A DNA stretch of 64,000 nt from Flaccisagitta enflata (lineage: Eukaryota), in assembly GCA_965153355.1 (NCBI GenBank), contig OZ231126.1, positions 30,938,001 to 31,002,000 on the forward strand, read 5' to 3'. Made by a program: the position numbers and the translations under genes. The notes beneath the pieces were generated by a model that searched no databases, was not told the origin of the DNA, and was given only the letters and a program-made list of their open reading frames with translations. The stretch's first letter is position 1, and each line of letters opens with the position of its first letter. This document shows positions 13,131 to 27,430 of the stretch, one piece after another.

Positions 13131-15223
13131 TCCATTGAATAAAACTGCGCAAGTTGATGGAACTGGCGCACCCGCTGACGTTTCTTTGAGTAGTGAAGCT
13201 TTAATTTTCCAAGCACTTTGTCCGGATTTTGAGCCAAGTTGATGCCGTCGGCTCTGTGAGTCGCAACCAGCAACTCTTCAAGAGGCTTTGTCCGTCTGTC
13301 TATCGGTCTGTCAGTCTGTCTATCCACAATAATTGAGTTGAAAAATGCAAAATGCAAAATAACGCCCCTGCCCACCCATCCCCGAAGATATTGAGACTTC
13401 GCATTACTTTTTAAAATGAGCATGAGTTGAGGTCTGTAGCTCAATTCGTTTAGGAGATATAACCTCGCTAAGATGTAAGAGTTTTCGCCATTTTCTGGGA
13501 ATAATCAACTTTGGAAGACTGTTGCTCCTAAACGAATTGAGCTACATATCTCGACTTAAGCTCATTTTAAAGAGCTGTTTCTGCTCTTTAAAATGAGCCC
13601 AAGCAGAGCTCTGTGGCTCAATTCGTTGAGAAGATATGAGCTGTTGAAGTAACCTCTTGATAATGGAAGAAAATAGGCATCTACCACTTTTCCCACTCTC
13701 CCTTATCCTACTCCGCATCATTTGAATCGGATAGAAGAGTCGTCAAACTTGGGAAATATACTCAGTAATAGTGTTGTGATACCCCGTTAAATGCCGTAAA
13801 GAGTAAGGTATTTGAGTCATGTAAGACCACTCTACTGGGGGCCTCCTAGCCCCCTGATGTTTGGGCTTTTTGAGTGTGGGTGGTCCTGCCTTTGGGGGTC
13901 CCTGCGGCTGTCGGGGGTTGGTGCGATCGCCACTGTGGCTTCCTTCTTCAGTTTTACACGTATCAAGTCCCACCTCTGTCTACCGACACAGATACGGAGA
14001 TGCTCATGATTTCTCCACTTATTGTTACTATTTAAGCATAACTTCTCTCTTGTGTTGTTTCTTCCAGATTTTACTCTTACCAGATGTTTGCTTTCCAGTT
14101 TCGGGGGCTTATCCCATAATGGTTCATTCCTTCAGTGGACAAATATAGACAAGTTACTTATCATCGTTTCGTTGTTTATTCAGATGACTAACTGACAAAT
14201 GACTGACCTGACTATTCATTCCCGCGTTCTTCTGTTGTTCATTTAAATGACTCACTGACAACTGACTGACTTAACTATTTATTCCCGCGTTCTTTTTCTG
14301 TTTCAAGGGCCTGGACCCATGATGGTTGATTCCTTTAATGGATGATTTTAGAATGGCTATTAATCCTCGTTTTGCTAATCATTTAAATGACTCAATATTA
14401 CCTGAGTGGCTGTACTATTCATTTCCGTGCGGGTTTTAGATTCCTGGTCGTTTTGATTGTCGCCTCCAGCTGAATTTAGAATAGCTATTTATTCTCGTTT
14501 TGGAGATTATCTAAATGCCTCACTAGTGACTGAGTATACTATTTATTTCCGTGTCTGTTTTAATTTCTAGTCATTTCGTTTGTTGCATCCAACTTGGGCC
14601 TAACACACTGTTTTTCAGGGGGGTCATAAAAGTTGTGATTCTCAAATTTTCAAACACTGTCTAGCAATGAGCGGTTTTTTTCTAGGGAAAGTAGACATAA
14701 ATTGAGCCTGGAAAACAGTTTTATTTTTTCACCATTACTAATAAATTCATAGCTAATGATAGCTAAGTATAAAAATGGTAATTTTTGACCTTTTCACAAA
14801 GAAGTTGAAAAAAAAAAATATAAAATCATAGAAAAACTAGGAGTTATACATATGAATGAACTCAAAATTCATCGACGATTTTGAAAATGATGAAAGAAAT
14901 CTGAGAAAATGTGATATAGTATCATTTTTTATTAATTCAATAATGTGGATAGCGGAATTTGAGAGTAATATTTTTACTAAATTGCAGCTGGATAAATTTG
15001 GCGGGGTTTGGCGAGTTTTTTTTCATTTGATACATAAAGAAGTTGGTCTTGGCTACATGACCAAGTATGTCACATAGTGGTCAACCTTAGTCGTACCAAG
15101 AAAAAGAGTAAATAAATGACGTTGGTATGGCGGAATTTTGGCACAATACTAGCTGTGTTGCCAACTTTATGTCATGTGAGATACCTAGGTTCCTTCGACA
15201 TTCCGTCTTGCTTCGCCCTTCAG

Positions 15224-15901
15224 AGGCGCGTCCTTGTTGATCCTGCCAAAAGCCCTTCCTCCTCCTCTTCCTCTAACGTAGATGACGACAAATCATCTCC
15301 TCCTCCTTCTCATCCTCTTTCTATCGCTCCTCCTTTCTCCCAGCCGCTCGCTCTTCCTCCACCTCCTCCTCCACCTGCCGCTCATCTAGATTCACCCTCG
15401 CAGTCACCCGTAACCGTCGACGAGAGCGCGGAAGATGCTGCGGCAGATTCATCAGCTGCCAACACCGCAGCCGCTGCCGCCGCCGCCGCCGTCTCAGGTT
15501 CCTTCACGCTGTCATCCTCGATGAACACGCCATCAGTCGCCTCCTCCGTCGCCTCCTCCACCATCACCTCGGAGGCTTCGGCAACAGCTCTTCAACAGCA
15601 AGTTTACCTACAGCAGCAGCATCAGCTGTCGCTTTTTGCCAGCGGCGCTGCCGCGGCTGGAATCGGGACGCCAGTTTCCACCTTAACCGCTTCCATTCCT
15701 CCTCCTCCTTCCCTCACGTCTCCAATGTCGGTCAGTGGTCGTATTCCTCATCCTCATGCTCCTCCTCCTCCTGTCAAGTGTCAGTTAAGCTCAACGGAAG
15801 TGTTGGCGGTGCGTCAGCTGATCGCCGGTTACAGAGAATCGGCTGCTTTTCTCTACAGATCTGCCGACGAGTTGGAGGCTCTACTCCTTACGCAGGCCTA
15901 A
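15224..15901 (+). CDS. NOL4: NOL4/NOL4L-family protein, terminal coding exon
   Basis: The C-terminus [35 protein letters not shown] matches the conserved NOL4-family end. A pyrimidine-rich CAG acceptor is at 15221-15223, and a GC-rich low-complexity P/S/A linker precedes the motif. Confidence 0.85.
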   Translation, partial: RRVLVDPAKSPSSSSSSNVDDDKSSPPPSHPLSIAPPFSQPLALPPPPPPPAAHLDSPSQSPVTVDESAEDAAADSSAANTAAAAAAAAVSGSFTLSSSMNTPSVASSVASSTITSEASATALQQQVYLQQQHQLSLFASGAAAAGIGTPVSTLTASIPPPPSLTSPMSVSGRIPHPHAPPPPVKCQLSSTEVLAVRQLIAGYRESAAFLYRSADELEALLLTQA

Positions 15902-16957
15902 ATGTAATTGGGGCAAGGATATGGTTAAACCGTGTATTTCTAGGCTCTCATTGATAGACCTGGTCGTGAAGAGTGGGCCCGCATACATGTCTCATACAGT
16001 TCATTGAAAAGTACGAAATCTCACACAGACATTCACTGAACTAAATGTTTTTTTTTCCTTTTTTCCTTGGTTATGAAATCAAAGATTTTTTTTCCCAAGT
16101 GAAGCGGAAAATTCTCATATTGCTCATTACATGTCGTTAAGTCTTTCTCATTCTCCAATGAAAAAAAGAAAATGTGAAGTGTGATTTTGTTTGTTGCGCC
16201 AATTGAGAAAATGATTATCACTGATGTGATCAGTGATCATAAACGATAATTAACAACTTACATAACCACCTAATCACGATATGGGGTAGGCGAATAGTCA
16301 ACCTGGCTTTTTGCATTTTGTTTTTCATTCGTCTATAAATATTTATGATTCTGAAAATTTTCACTTCAACGATCGTCTTGATTTTTCAAAATATGGGGTC
16401 AAAGAAACATTTCTTAGTTGTTCTGTGCCATCCAATTCAATTATATTCATATACGATTCTCAAGTAATTTATTTTGAATTAAGTACCTGTTACGCAAAAT
16501 ATTCAGCACAAACTGCTTTTTGCGTGATTGTTCTGTATTTATACTATTTATATACCTCAAATTTTGTCAGATTTTCTTTGTCTTTTGTTTATCTTTTTGT
16601 CTTTTTGTTTTCCTATTTGATTGTTTTGATACGTTTATTTCCTGTTAATTTATCCAGATATTCCGAGAATGATTAAAACATGTGAGAGGATGTTCGAGGA
16701 TTTTGAGAAGTAATTTAAATTGGTTTTTACATACATAAAAATAAATGTTGGAGCTCCGAAAAAGTGTAAATTTATAAGGCTGTGTGCGGTCAAGAACGCT
16801 AATGCTTGGTAAACGACAATTGTAAAATATGAGATAACAGAGTTGAGATTCCTTTTTCTACAGTTTTCTCTCTAAGTTTGACCACCGGCTACCACGCAAG
16901 ATATATTCACGATTAGCACACAACATCAATCGGTAAACCCTTGATTGTTTCAGAAAT

Positions 16958-16996
<39 letters not shown>

Positions 16997-18120
16997 TCTC
17001 TCTCTCTCTCTCTCTTTTTTATTTTTATCTTTCATTCATACCACTATTAAAACTTTTTTAAGCTCAATTTCAGATTCAAATCTTTCTGTCGCCCTTCCCT
17101 AATCCAGAATGATCAGTTTCATTCTCCCACAGAAAGGTTTGGGGATTTTCACCTGGGAAATTGTTATAAACCATGGCTTTTTATTCCGTTGCTTTTTGTT
17201 GTTATTAAACGACATGTTTTTCAGTTAATCATACACTACAGCTTTCTCTTCGACTCTTTGAATCATTAACTCTCCTTTAATTGTTATTTATTGTCATTAT
17301 CGGCACTCTTTTTGCACGTACATGCAAAAAAGTCAGGATTAAAAGAATGTGAAAATTCACGGTCTTTTTCTCCAGTGCCTCAAGGCCTTAATGTGCAATA
17401 TGTATTAACGTCTCCCTTTTTGGAAGATGCGGTAGCGCTAGAATATTGCCCCGTGCCATATTTCATATCATTGTTGTGTAAACAATTTCTGTTTATAGAG
17501 TCTTTTTTGATAGTGTAATGGAAGTGTTTTAGGGCATATTATTTATACAGATTCATATCAGAGAAAATTAGTTTATACCTATCTATTCAGCTAGTATTTA
17601 AAAGCCAATTGTATTTTCCAAGCATTTTTAAAACAATCCGTTTATAACCCAATTTGTTTTTATCTGTTAACTATACGATAAAGAAGAAAAAAATGTTGTT
17701 CCTTGTACATTGATAATAATTTTTTCTTCGTAACTGACAAATGATAGTCATCCGTCTTTCGCCTTACTCGTGCTCCCTTCAAATTGTTTTCCCACATCCA
17801 AATTTGGATATTTTCATACGCGTAATTTTGCCGTGTTTACCTGTTTTGAAATGGTATCATTTCCTTCTCGTCTTTCTCCTATCTTTCAATCCTTCTCTCT
17901 CTCTTTCTATCCCTATCTCTCATTTGTGCAGGGACGGAGCCAGTCTCTCCTACCAGTTACCAAAAGACCAAACCCACCTTTCATGTGATTTCAATCAAAA
18001 ACAAACTTGTTCATTGTTTGCATACAAAGATCGTATTATTGACTGAGCGTATTATTGATTAGGCGTATTTAGTATGTTGCTTCGTGCTCTTTTGTTTTTA
18101 AGTCTTACACGACAGTGAGA

Positions 18121-18584
18121 AAAACAAGGCCAACACCTATAAGTCGCGTGCGAGACTTACAGACAAAGAGTGACTTAGAATGACTTAGGGCGTGTCCGCA
18201 TTCGTTCTGAAAATCATGAAAAAAACATGATAATCATGTTTTTCCAATGTTTTTCAGGATGAATGCGGACGCGCCCTTAGAATGACTCTCAATGACTTAG
18301 AATGACCTAAAATGACCAAAATTGACTTAAAATGACTAAAAAAACAAAAAACCAAAAATAACGTAAAATAACTTAAAATGACTTGAAATGACTTAAAATG
18401 ACTTAGACTGACTCAAATGACTAAGAATAACTATAATGACTTAAAATGACTTAAAAATAACTTAGGATGACTTAGAATGAATTTAAAGTATAGTACAAAA
18501 GTAAAGTGTGACGGATTTGACGGACCGGACTTGGATCGGGACGGACAAAGCGGGTTGTAGAGTCGCGTGCACGCGACTAAAAAA
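18121..18584 (-). mobile_element. HINE with a 10-bp AAATGACTTA array
   Basis: AAAACAAGGCC ... GTCGCGTGCACGCGACTAAAA termini. Confidence 0.7.
18188..18276. mobile_element. PIF/Harbinger-like MITE nested in the HINE array
   Basis: TIR GGGCGTGTCCGCATTC / GAATGCGGACGCGCCC, TTA TSD. Confidence 0.8.
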
Positions 18585-20275
18585 TCATTCGACGAAAAGA
18601 CATGAAATAAGATCTTTTTAGACCAAAATATACTCACACATCTGTTCTCGTTTTGGATTGCCATTTTTAGGGTTGTTCATCCTGTACGAAATAAAAATTG
18701 GATTCGAAGAATTCCAAATTTTTTGCGATTATCTCCTCTCGTGTGAATAGTAGTGTAGTTTGCTTGCTTTTTCTCAACACAATTGCATATACATGCAAGC
18801 ACACATCATTACAAACATAAACTAACAAGCAAACAAACAAACACAAACAAATAAACAAATGCAATCACACAGACAAACACTCACAAATGATACTCGTAAA
18901 ACAAGGAATCAATTTTCCATTGTTATCGTTGTTAATGTTGTTTACATACAATTGAGATTATGATTTGATAAAACTTCATGAAACTATTTTCCTCTATTTC
19001 AATCGCTGCGACACCCCTCTTTTATCCCCTACATGTTTTCTATATGTTCTTTCTTCTTTTTATGCATAAATGTGTTTACTGGAGTTATGTGTCAAAAAGA
19101 GGGTGTGAAAAAAAAGTTTGTCGTCGATCGTGTTTATTTATGTGCTCCTTTCCCCTTTCACCCTAAACGTCATTCAATGACACTTTTTTGAAAATAAATA
19201 GAAGTTTCTTTATAAGATATACCCAAACAAAATTAAATACCGGTATTCAAAAAGCCTGAGTGTGATTTTTTAGCTTGTTGATAACTTTTTTCCCCATCGC
19301 AATCAAAAACTTTTTCGTAGTTTTTCCAAAGTTCATGTCCAGCATTTCTAAATAAATATTTGTAGATACTGAAAGTGGTAAAAAGTTTAAGGAGAAATGA
19401 GAAATCACATTCGTTTCACGAACATCATGCTGTTTAATGAAAGTTAAGACGAAGCATTTATTGTTATATCATAACATTACAGACTCTGGACATGAGCTTT
19501 AGAATATTATGTTTTTTTTACAAACTGAATGTTGTCCGTGCATAGGATTGTGTAATTGTTTATTCATGGTTCCTCTCTTGTCATATCGCGTATGAGCGTT
19601 ACGTATGACCCTTAATCTCCTTTGTACTTTCTCTCACCCCCTCAAAAAATGTCTCAAAAGTGGGCCTCTCAAAACTCAGCGATGTAAGGACAAATTTTAA
19701 GCAGTGGCCTTTTCATATCGTGTTCAGTAGTCCTTATTGGTCATATCATTTGAAAATAAATGCCTTGTGCAACCAAAAAAAAAACACTCGATGCATTTAA
19801 GTCAAAATAATGATAGTTCAAAAAAAGGTGAACTATAGAAGTAGAGAACTGTATTAGATAAAGAGAACGTTTTTAGGTAGACAGCTAAAACGCTAAGACT
19901 GAAAGATACAGGGTCATCAATCGCATTCGAGAAATGGTATTAAGTTTTTACTCTCAAATACTATATGCATCTTCTCACCAATCCAAAAAAAAAATTTATG
20001 TTATAGTGATACATTGGACATCTTATGTGTCAAAATCTCATTGATCTTGGTCCATAGCATTTTGAAGAAAAATAGGAAATATTCTATCATGATTGGTTCT
20101 GTTTCGGCTTTTGCCTAACACAACTTGCTACAACTAATTGAAAAAGAATCGAAAAATGTTTTTTGATATTTGAGTTTTGTCTGAGAACCAATTTTTCCCA
20201 TTTTTGCTTGCGGCATTGTAAGCAAATTAGGTTATGACTAGGCTTGCCTATGGCTGAGGTTAGAATTGATGTATA

Positions 20276-20914
20276 CTGAGCCGGACTTAGCTACCGCTGG
20301 GGCCCTAGGCTTGACAGCCACTGCGGGGCCCCCTAGCCCCCCCTTTACCACCCACCTCCTCTTTTACAATCAGTCAAGCTAAACTAGGTTTTGAAGTCAG
20401 GGAACCTACAGTTAAACCTTCACCACAGTTCTGTTTAAGCTCAATATATACTAAGAAATAAGAGAAAATCTAAGCAAAAAAAGACTAAATGAGCATCTGC
20501 AATGAGCAGTTCGTTGGAGCGGGGTTCCCATAAACTAAAGATTTTAGTCGCGTACACGCGATCACACCCCGCCATGTTGTTGGTCGGTCGTTGGTCGGTC
20601 GGTCGGTCAGTTGGGTGGTCGGTCGGTCGGTCCCCTTTTTACTTTTTTTGGCGTTTTTGAGCTTTTTGAGCATACGGCTCCTGCCCAGATGCCCTGGTGA
20701 CCTTCTCCAGCACTGCTCCTGCCCACCCGCACGCGACTGGGGTAGCCGTGTATCCGGCCTTGTTAAAAAAGATCATGTTTTGAACAAAAGTGTTTTGATA
20801 CAAAATCAAAACAAAAGCAATGGCAAAGAAAAACATTTGTTTTTGCAAACATCCAGGGAGGGCAAACACAAAGAACTTTTTTTTTCTTTTCTTTCTTTCT
20901 TTTTTCTTTTTTTT

Positions 20915-20961
<47 letters not shown>

Positions 20962-21610
20962 ACTTTTCTTCCTACTTTTATCTTTTCTTCTTGGGCAGCG
21001 GCCCTTAAAGTGGCCGATGTCCTGTAGGACACAGGGGTGACTTACATTCATCCACAGACGTCCGTCCGTATGTCCCCCTCCAAAGCTTCTCAAGCCTCTC
21101 AGGCCTCAAATCCGCCTCTCAGCCCTCTAATCTGGCCTCTCAGGCCTCAAATCCAGCCCCTCAGGCCTGAAATCCAGTTCTCGGGCCTCAAATCCAGCCT
21201 CGCAGGCCTCAAATCCAGCCTCTTGGGCCCTAAATCCTTTCTCTCAGGCCTCAAATTCCCATGGAATAACATGGCAAATTGACAAAAAATCGATAAAAAT
21301 TCAAAATTCCCAATGAATATCACAGAAAATTACCCCAAATATGCCCTCTCAGGACGTATGGAATTCACCCCTGTGTCCTACAGGACATCGGCCCTTTAGT
21401 CAGCACCCTGCTCTCACTCCACTTTCAGCTAATCACCCAAGCAGGGGCATCGGGTACCGCTGACCATGTGCAATCCTTGGATGACTTGTTATTTATTCTT
21501 CTTCCTCCCTTTCCCTCCTCTTTTTCCCCGGGGGGGGCTGTACCGCGGGCCCCCCTTCCCGCGGGGCCCTAGGCTTAAGCCTATAAAGCCTGTTGGGAAG
21601 TCCGGCTTAG
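20276..21610. mobile_element. hAT-like MITE (GGGCCC subterminal motifs) containing two nested HINEs (20542-20764, 20991-21490)
   Basis: TIR CTGAGCCGGACTT / AAGTCCGGCTTAG. TSD GATGTATA/GATATATA has 1 mismatch. Confidence 0.7.
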
Positions 21611-23544
21611 GATATATATATGTTCTTTTAATTCATCAGCATGAATAGCGACAGATACAAACAGACTCAAAGACTCATCTAAGCTAAGCAATTAAGTCAA
21701 GAAAAAGAAGAAAAAAAAGTGAACATTAAGGTTACTCAGAATCAAACTTAACGTTACGAGCAAGATGGGAGATCGCCGGGTTTCTATGAGACACGGAGAA
21801 TTTTCAAATTTTCATTTTGATGAATTAAAAAGTTCGCCTAATGATCTGTAGCCAAAGGACTCACGTAGTGATCTATATAGGGTGAAAGAGGGAACTTTCT
21901 TACATTTTCTGGAACATAAAAGAGTGCTGTTTTTAAAAATGAATCTATCAATTTTTTTTTACTTCCATGGATATGCAAACAGAATCTTAATCAGAATTAT
22001 CTTAATCAGAATTAAGAAAACAAGCATAAGATGAGAAATTATTTATTTGCACAAAACTTTGTATGGAGTCACAAGATGAAGGGACTCTCATATCTTATGG
22101 ATAGCCCCCCCCCAGAAAAAAAAAAACATGTTTTTGGAGACCCAAAAAACTATCATCTAGGATGTCTCAGCTACCCAAAAGAACATCTAAATCTAAATCA
22201 ATTGAAAGCAAAATTTTGACAAATAGTCACTTTTTTTGCAAAAATCAAGCATTTTTTTGCATATTTGGCATTATTTTTGTTCGTATAGCTTCCAAAACTT
22301 CTGAGGTGTATAGGCATACCTTATATATAACTGCTTTTACCATTTCAAGATAGTTTAGATCAATATTCTAGAGATTAAAACAAAAAAATACCAAATTAAG
22401 CCTTTTTTTAACTGAAATTGTTCAAGCTACTTCAAGAAGGCGGTAAACTATAACAAGTCATCCAAGGATCGCACATGGTCGGCAGTATGGTATGCCCTGC
22501 TTGGAGTGATGATCAGAAGCAGTGGAGTGGGAGCAGGGCAGCCGCCTCTAAGGGCCGATGTCCTGTGGGACACAGGTGAATTTCCATTTGTCCTGAGATG
22601 GCTTCTGCTTCCGCTTCCTCCATTTTAGAAGGCACAGCTTCCGCTTCCGCTTTCCCTTCCGCTTCTGCTTCCGCTTATTCATTATTTAGATATTGGTATT
22701 GAAAAAATCCACCTACATTATTTAGATATTGATATTGAAAAAATCCATAATTTTATCCAGATTAATCCAAATGGATTTCTAAAAAAATGGATTTTTTAAC
22801 AGCCCTGTGTTTAACCCCTTCTCAGTCTCAGACCCAATCAGTTGACTTTCCTACGACTCTAAGAAACGTAGGAATCTGGGTTAGAAAGCTTAGGATTCAA
22901 GGTTTCCTAACCAACTATACAATGGGAAATTGAGTTTTTCTCAGTTTAATCCAGAAAGCGCCACTTTAATTTTTCCAATTTTTTTGGTGATCACATCCTG
23001 ATGCCATAGTATAATAGCGATGCCACTCTACTCTAAGTTGGTTAAAAAAAGTGAACGAAAAATTTCTACCTAGGTTTTTCACATTTCTAGGTTTTCTAAG
23101 AAGATTTTGCATAGGTTTAGGCTACTAAACTGCAGCAATCGTGAGAGAAAGGGAGGGGAAAAAAAGATGGCGGAAAATTCATAATCGCTCATCAGATGGA
23201 ACATATGACAGAAATCAATTAAAATATGATTTGATTATTATTTAGGGCTGTCATACTTGGTCAAATTGATCAACTAGTGTGTTTTTTTTTCGCTGAAAAT
23301 CATTACATTTTGTAGAAAACTGATAAGCTGTCGGAATACCATCCCCTGAGCTCATACTAAGGCCCATTCCCTTAACTACGCATAATCACCGTGTAGAACT
23401 CACAATTCTGAATCCAAATCTATTTTCAAAAAATATTTTTGGCGATACTGACGATAGCTAGCAGCGTTTCCATAGGCATTGGTCTGAAGTAGAAAAAGGC
23501 AAAGATCTGACGCGAATGATTTTTGCGTTGATACAGAAGCTGAT

Positions 23545-23940
23545 TTTTAGTCGCATGTTAGGCGTTTCTACACCCCACTTTGTCGGTCCGTCCATCAGTC
23601 TGTCTGTCAGTCTGTCCATCCGTCAGTCTATCCGTCCATCTGCGCGTCCATTCGTCCATGTGTCCGTCCATCCGTCCATCTGTCCATGCATCCTTCCGTC
23701 TGTGCGTCTGTGCGTCCATGCGTCTGTCCGTGCGTCCGTCCGTCCGTCTGTCCGTCCATCCATCCGTACGTCCGTCCATCCGTCTCTCCGTACGTCCATT
23801 GGTCAATCCGTTGGTCCGTCCGTCTGTCATGCTTTACTCTTTTGGGGAGTTTGCGGTTTTTAACCTCACTGCTCCTTCCCAAATGATCTTTTGAACTCAA
23901 TTACAGCCCCTGCTCACCCGCACGCGAATGGGGTTGCCGA
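23545..23940 (+). mobile_element. HINE with an expanded (GTCC)n tract
   Basis: TTTTTAGTCGC start, long GTCC/GTCT microsatellite, 3' GCCCCTGCTCACCCGCACGCGA. Confidence 0.65.
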
Positions 23941-24992
23941 TGTCCTCAGTCATTGAGAGAAAGTGTCCTTGCAGGTGGGAATTTCAAATCAAGATTCAAT
24001 CATATAGCTGTATACACAGCTTTAAAAATAGCTGGAGACATGATATAATTGATTTAACATAGAGATTAAGACGGCGTTCTTCCAAAGGCAACATTTGTGT
24101 TTCAACGGGAGCCAAAGTCAAAAATAAGAAATGATTGAAGCTGAATGATTAAACTAAATTTTTTTTTTTTTTTGCATAACTTGCATTCAAGCATAAAATA
24201 GAACCAAATATAGCTAAAATTAATAAAGCACGCATAATGCAAATTATTGAAAATTTTATTTTTTATAATCGAAAAGGGTTCTGTTGAAATTCTAAGATTG
24301 CATAAAAAATGAAAAAATGAGAAAAGAAATGACAAAGTTCTCTTCCAAAACCGATTACATAGAGAATTTTTTTGAAAATGCAGAATTTCACTTCATTTAA
24401 GAGTTAAAGAATTCTAACAACACAAACAAGAAAATGTAAGAAAAATTCTATATAAAACTTTGATTCACTGGCTTTTCTTATATGAATTGCATGGTTAAAA
24501 TTACTTTTTAGAATATGATAGAAATGTATATAAGTGGGAATTGATCCTTCAAACTTGAAATCTTGCGTGTAGTCACGTTATCGCTAACTCAGCAATCTCT
24601 GCAACTGAGGCTCCGATTCTGCAAAGCCGCCACGTAGCATGAAAGTATCAGCTAAAACTAACGCACTTTTCATACGTTCACAGGCTATGGGTCGAATGCA
24701 GCCCAACCTCTCTTTTCTGCCACCACCCCACTCCCCCCCCCCCATGACCCCAGTTTGTCCTCTTGTTCACATCAAGGAGCCACATTTCCAAAACCAATCC
24801 GTTTTCCATCAGGCTGGTAACCTGAGTCTCTGACTGTCCAGCGCGTGTTTTTTTTTTCATTTTTTTCATTTTTTTTTTGTCCAGCGCGTGTAGGTTGGCA
24901 GCCTCAGTGCTGGAGGCTTTACGATCACTCTCAAGCAAGCGGTGTAAATAGAGTAAGTTTGAAAAGGTCTCCTCGAGTACTCGATTAAATGA

Positions 24993-25040
24993 CATTGTAG
25001 CCCGACCAGGCGCCTGGTCGGGCTACAATGCAGGCCCTAG
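24993..25040 (+). mobile_element. canonical Helitron 3' end (38-bp perfect palindrome followed by CTAG|T)
   Basis: CATTGTAGCCCGACCAGGCGCCTGGTCGGGCTACAATG, then CAGGCC, then CTAG followed by T. Confidence 0.55.
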
Positions 25041-25554
25041 TCCCAGCAAGAATAGATACTCGACAATTTTATTTTTAATATATTCAACCCCTCAAAGAGA
25101 TCGCAATTGTGTTGGGCAGTTAAACGGTTAAATAAAAAAAGACTTATTCACACTTATTCATTTGCAAAGTCATTGGGCCCTTTTTTCGTCAGCAAAAAAA
25201 AAAGAGAGATTTGACGCCAAGAATGACTTTTTTTTCGCTTAAAGAACTCCTTATGGCGAGTTTGAAGCGTATGACTGCAATATGCAAATGAGGGTTTTAT
25301 CCACCTACCTCACAGGTGAAGCGCTTTTAGGTTTAAGTTAAAAGATGTTGCAGACGAAGTCAAAAATAGGGCATTTTGCTCTGGACTTTTAGGACCTTCA
25401 CCTCTTTCTGTCTTGGGTTCCTTTCACTCATGAAAGTTCTCTCTCACTCTATTTTCCAACCAACTTAATTCATCCCCTTTCCCGGCTACACAGAATCGGT
25501 CCATCTGCAATACCATATTCAATTGGCACTCAACATGCATCGTTTCCTTACTGT

Positions 25555-25775
25555 TAGAGGACGGTTATAACAAAATCTACCCTAACAAAAATGCAATACA
25601 GAGTTTTTTTGTGTTTTTGCACTGTACATGGGTTGTGCTAAGCTAAGAAAACAAGGCCAACGCGTTACAAGTTGCGTGCGGTCTTGAAGACTAAAAGACT
25701 AAAAGACCTAAAGACCAAAAGATAAAACTTAGCCTTGTTAAATGGCTAAAAAAAGCAAAGTTTGACGGACCAACC

Positions 25776-25833
<58 letters not shown>

Positions 25834-26840
25834 ACGGGTCATAGAGTCGCGTGCACGCGACTAAAAAGTCTAGCCAAATATTACCTCTGTAAGGTGGCTG
25901 GTTGGGCTGTTTGTAAACGCATAAAAAATATGGCAAAAATGATGCAAATTCATGTAAAGAAAATTTTGAAAAATGTAAAAAGTAATATAAAATTGTGTAA
26001 AATCCAAAAATATCATGTTTGTACTCATCCATGATATCTTTTTCGGGAATTACATAAAAAAAATGTTTTTAAGTAGCCTGAAACAGCCTATCAACCGCTT
26101 GATTTAGTATAATGTTCAAATTTAAACAACAAGGCCAGACACACGGCTACCCATTGTGTGCAGGTGGACCAGGACAGTGATAAAAAAGGCTAAAAAATCA
26201 CAATGGCGATCTTTCCATCGATTTGAAGAAAGACTGGCAGCAGCAGAGGTGCGAGGCAAAACTTTAGGGTCCACTCGTGTCAAGCGTGAGGCAATTTTGT
26301 CACAACACTTTTTGTATAGCAGGCCATCCAAGATATCTGATTTTTCCCCATTGACATCGTATATTACAACAAATGCAGCTTCACCAGCATGATTGATCAC
26401 TTTTCACTAAGCTTTTATTCTCAGTCACGGCAATTTTTTTTATCTATTAGATTGAATAAAGAGCTATTGTACAAATTGATTGCACTGAAAATCAGAGAAA
26501 AATAGATCTGAGCCAAATGAGCTAGATGAGCTGAAATACTCAATATCACTAAACCAGACAAACAGCTACTCTCACTGATATGCTTTTTTGTATTTGATTG
26601 CTCAGACACGTGTCAAAAGATTTAATTTTCCTAATTGAAATCGGTAAAAAAGATTGAGCTAAATATGCTGGAATACTAAAAAACACTCACAGCAGCTATG
26701 CTCATGAATATGTTTTCTAGTATTTGCATGCTCGCACATGTATCAAAACATTAATCGACCTATCCCATTGCAATTCAGTTAAAAAGATTGAGCTAAATGA
26801 GGTAAAGCAGCTAGAATACTCAAAAACACTCACAGATGAG
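25555..26840 (-). mobile_element. internally deleted AcademX copy, right part
   Basis: Reverse-complement homology to 54610-54780 (HAGEAAFVV..VDPKVLP) and to 55450-55810. TIR begins TAGAGG. Confidence 0.8.
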
Positions 26841-26963
26841 CAGGCCTCTTGACTCTGGAGCAGCGAGCAGCGCCGCTTCTCGGCAAGGAAGGAAGATATC
26901 GGCAGGTCCCAGAAGACGAAGACGAAGAAGAAGAAGAAGAAGAAGAAGAAGGAGAAGAAGAAG

Positions 26964-26995
<32 letters not shown>

Positions 26996-27026
26996 GAAGA
27001 AGGTAAAAAGAGGAAGAAGAAGAAAA

Positions 27027-27430
27027 GAAGGCCGGATACACGGGCCAAGACGGTGCGCCGGGCGTTATTAATTCTCAGACCTATCCCTAGCTCCATCAGA
27101 CCTATCCCTAGCTCTATCAGACCTATCCCTAGCTCTATCAGGCCTTTCCCGAGCTCTGTCAGACCTATCCCGAGCTCTACCAGCCCTATCCCGAGCTTTA
27201 TCAGACCTATCCCCACACCTTTCCGACCTATCACCAGACCTATCCGACCTATCCCCAGACCTATCCGACCTATCCCCAGCTGATTATCTTTGTGAATGAA
27301 ATGACGAGAATCATCAATGATGAGATGAGTTTTCAATTGATTTCTAACATTTTCAGCGATTTTCCATTGGAGCGTGACCGACAGATGGACGGACCGACAG
27401 AGCCTCTTATAGAGGTGCTATGGCGCATCT
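27027..27430 (-). mobile_element. HINE with a 21-bp array (homolog of 4118-4549)
   Basis: Inverted homology, including the AGACCTATCCCTAGCTCTATC units. Confidence 0.75.

Noticed and set aside
15116-15223. ORF-track start of the 261-aa protein
   Set aside because: This part is AT-richer and ends in a pyrimidine tract plus CAG. It is most likely intron.
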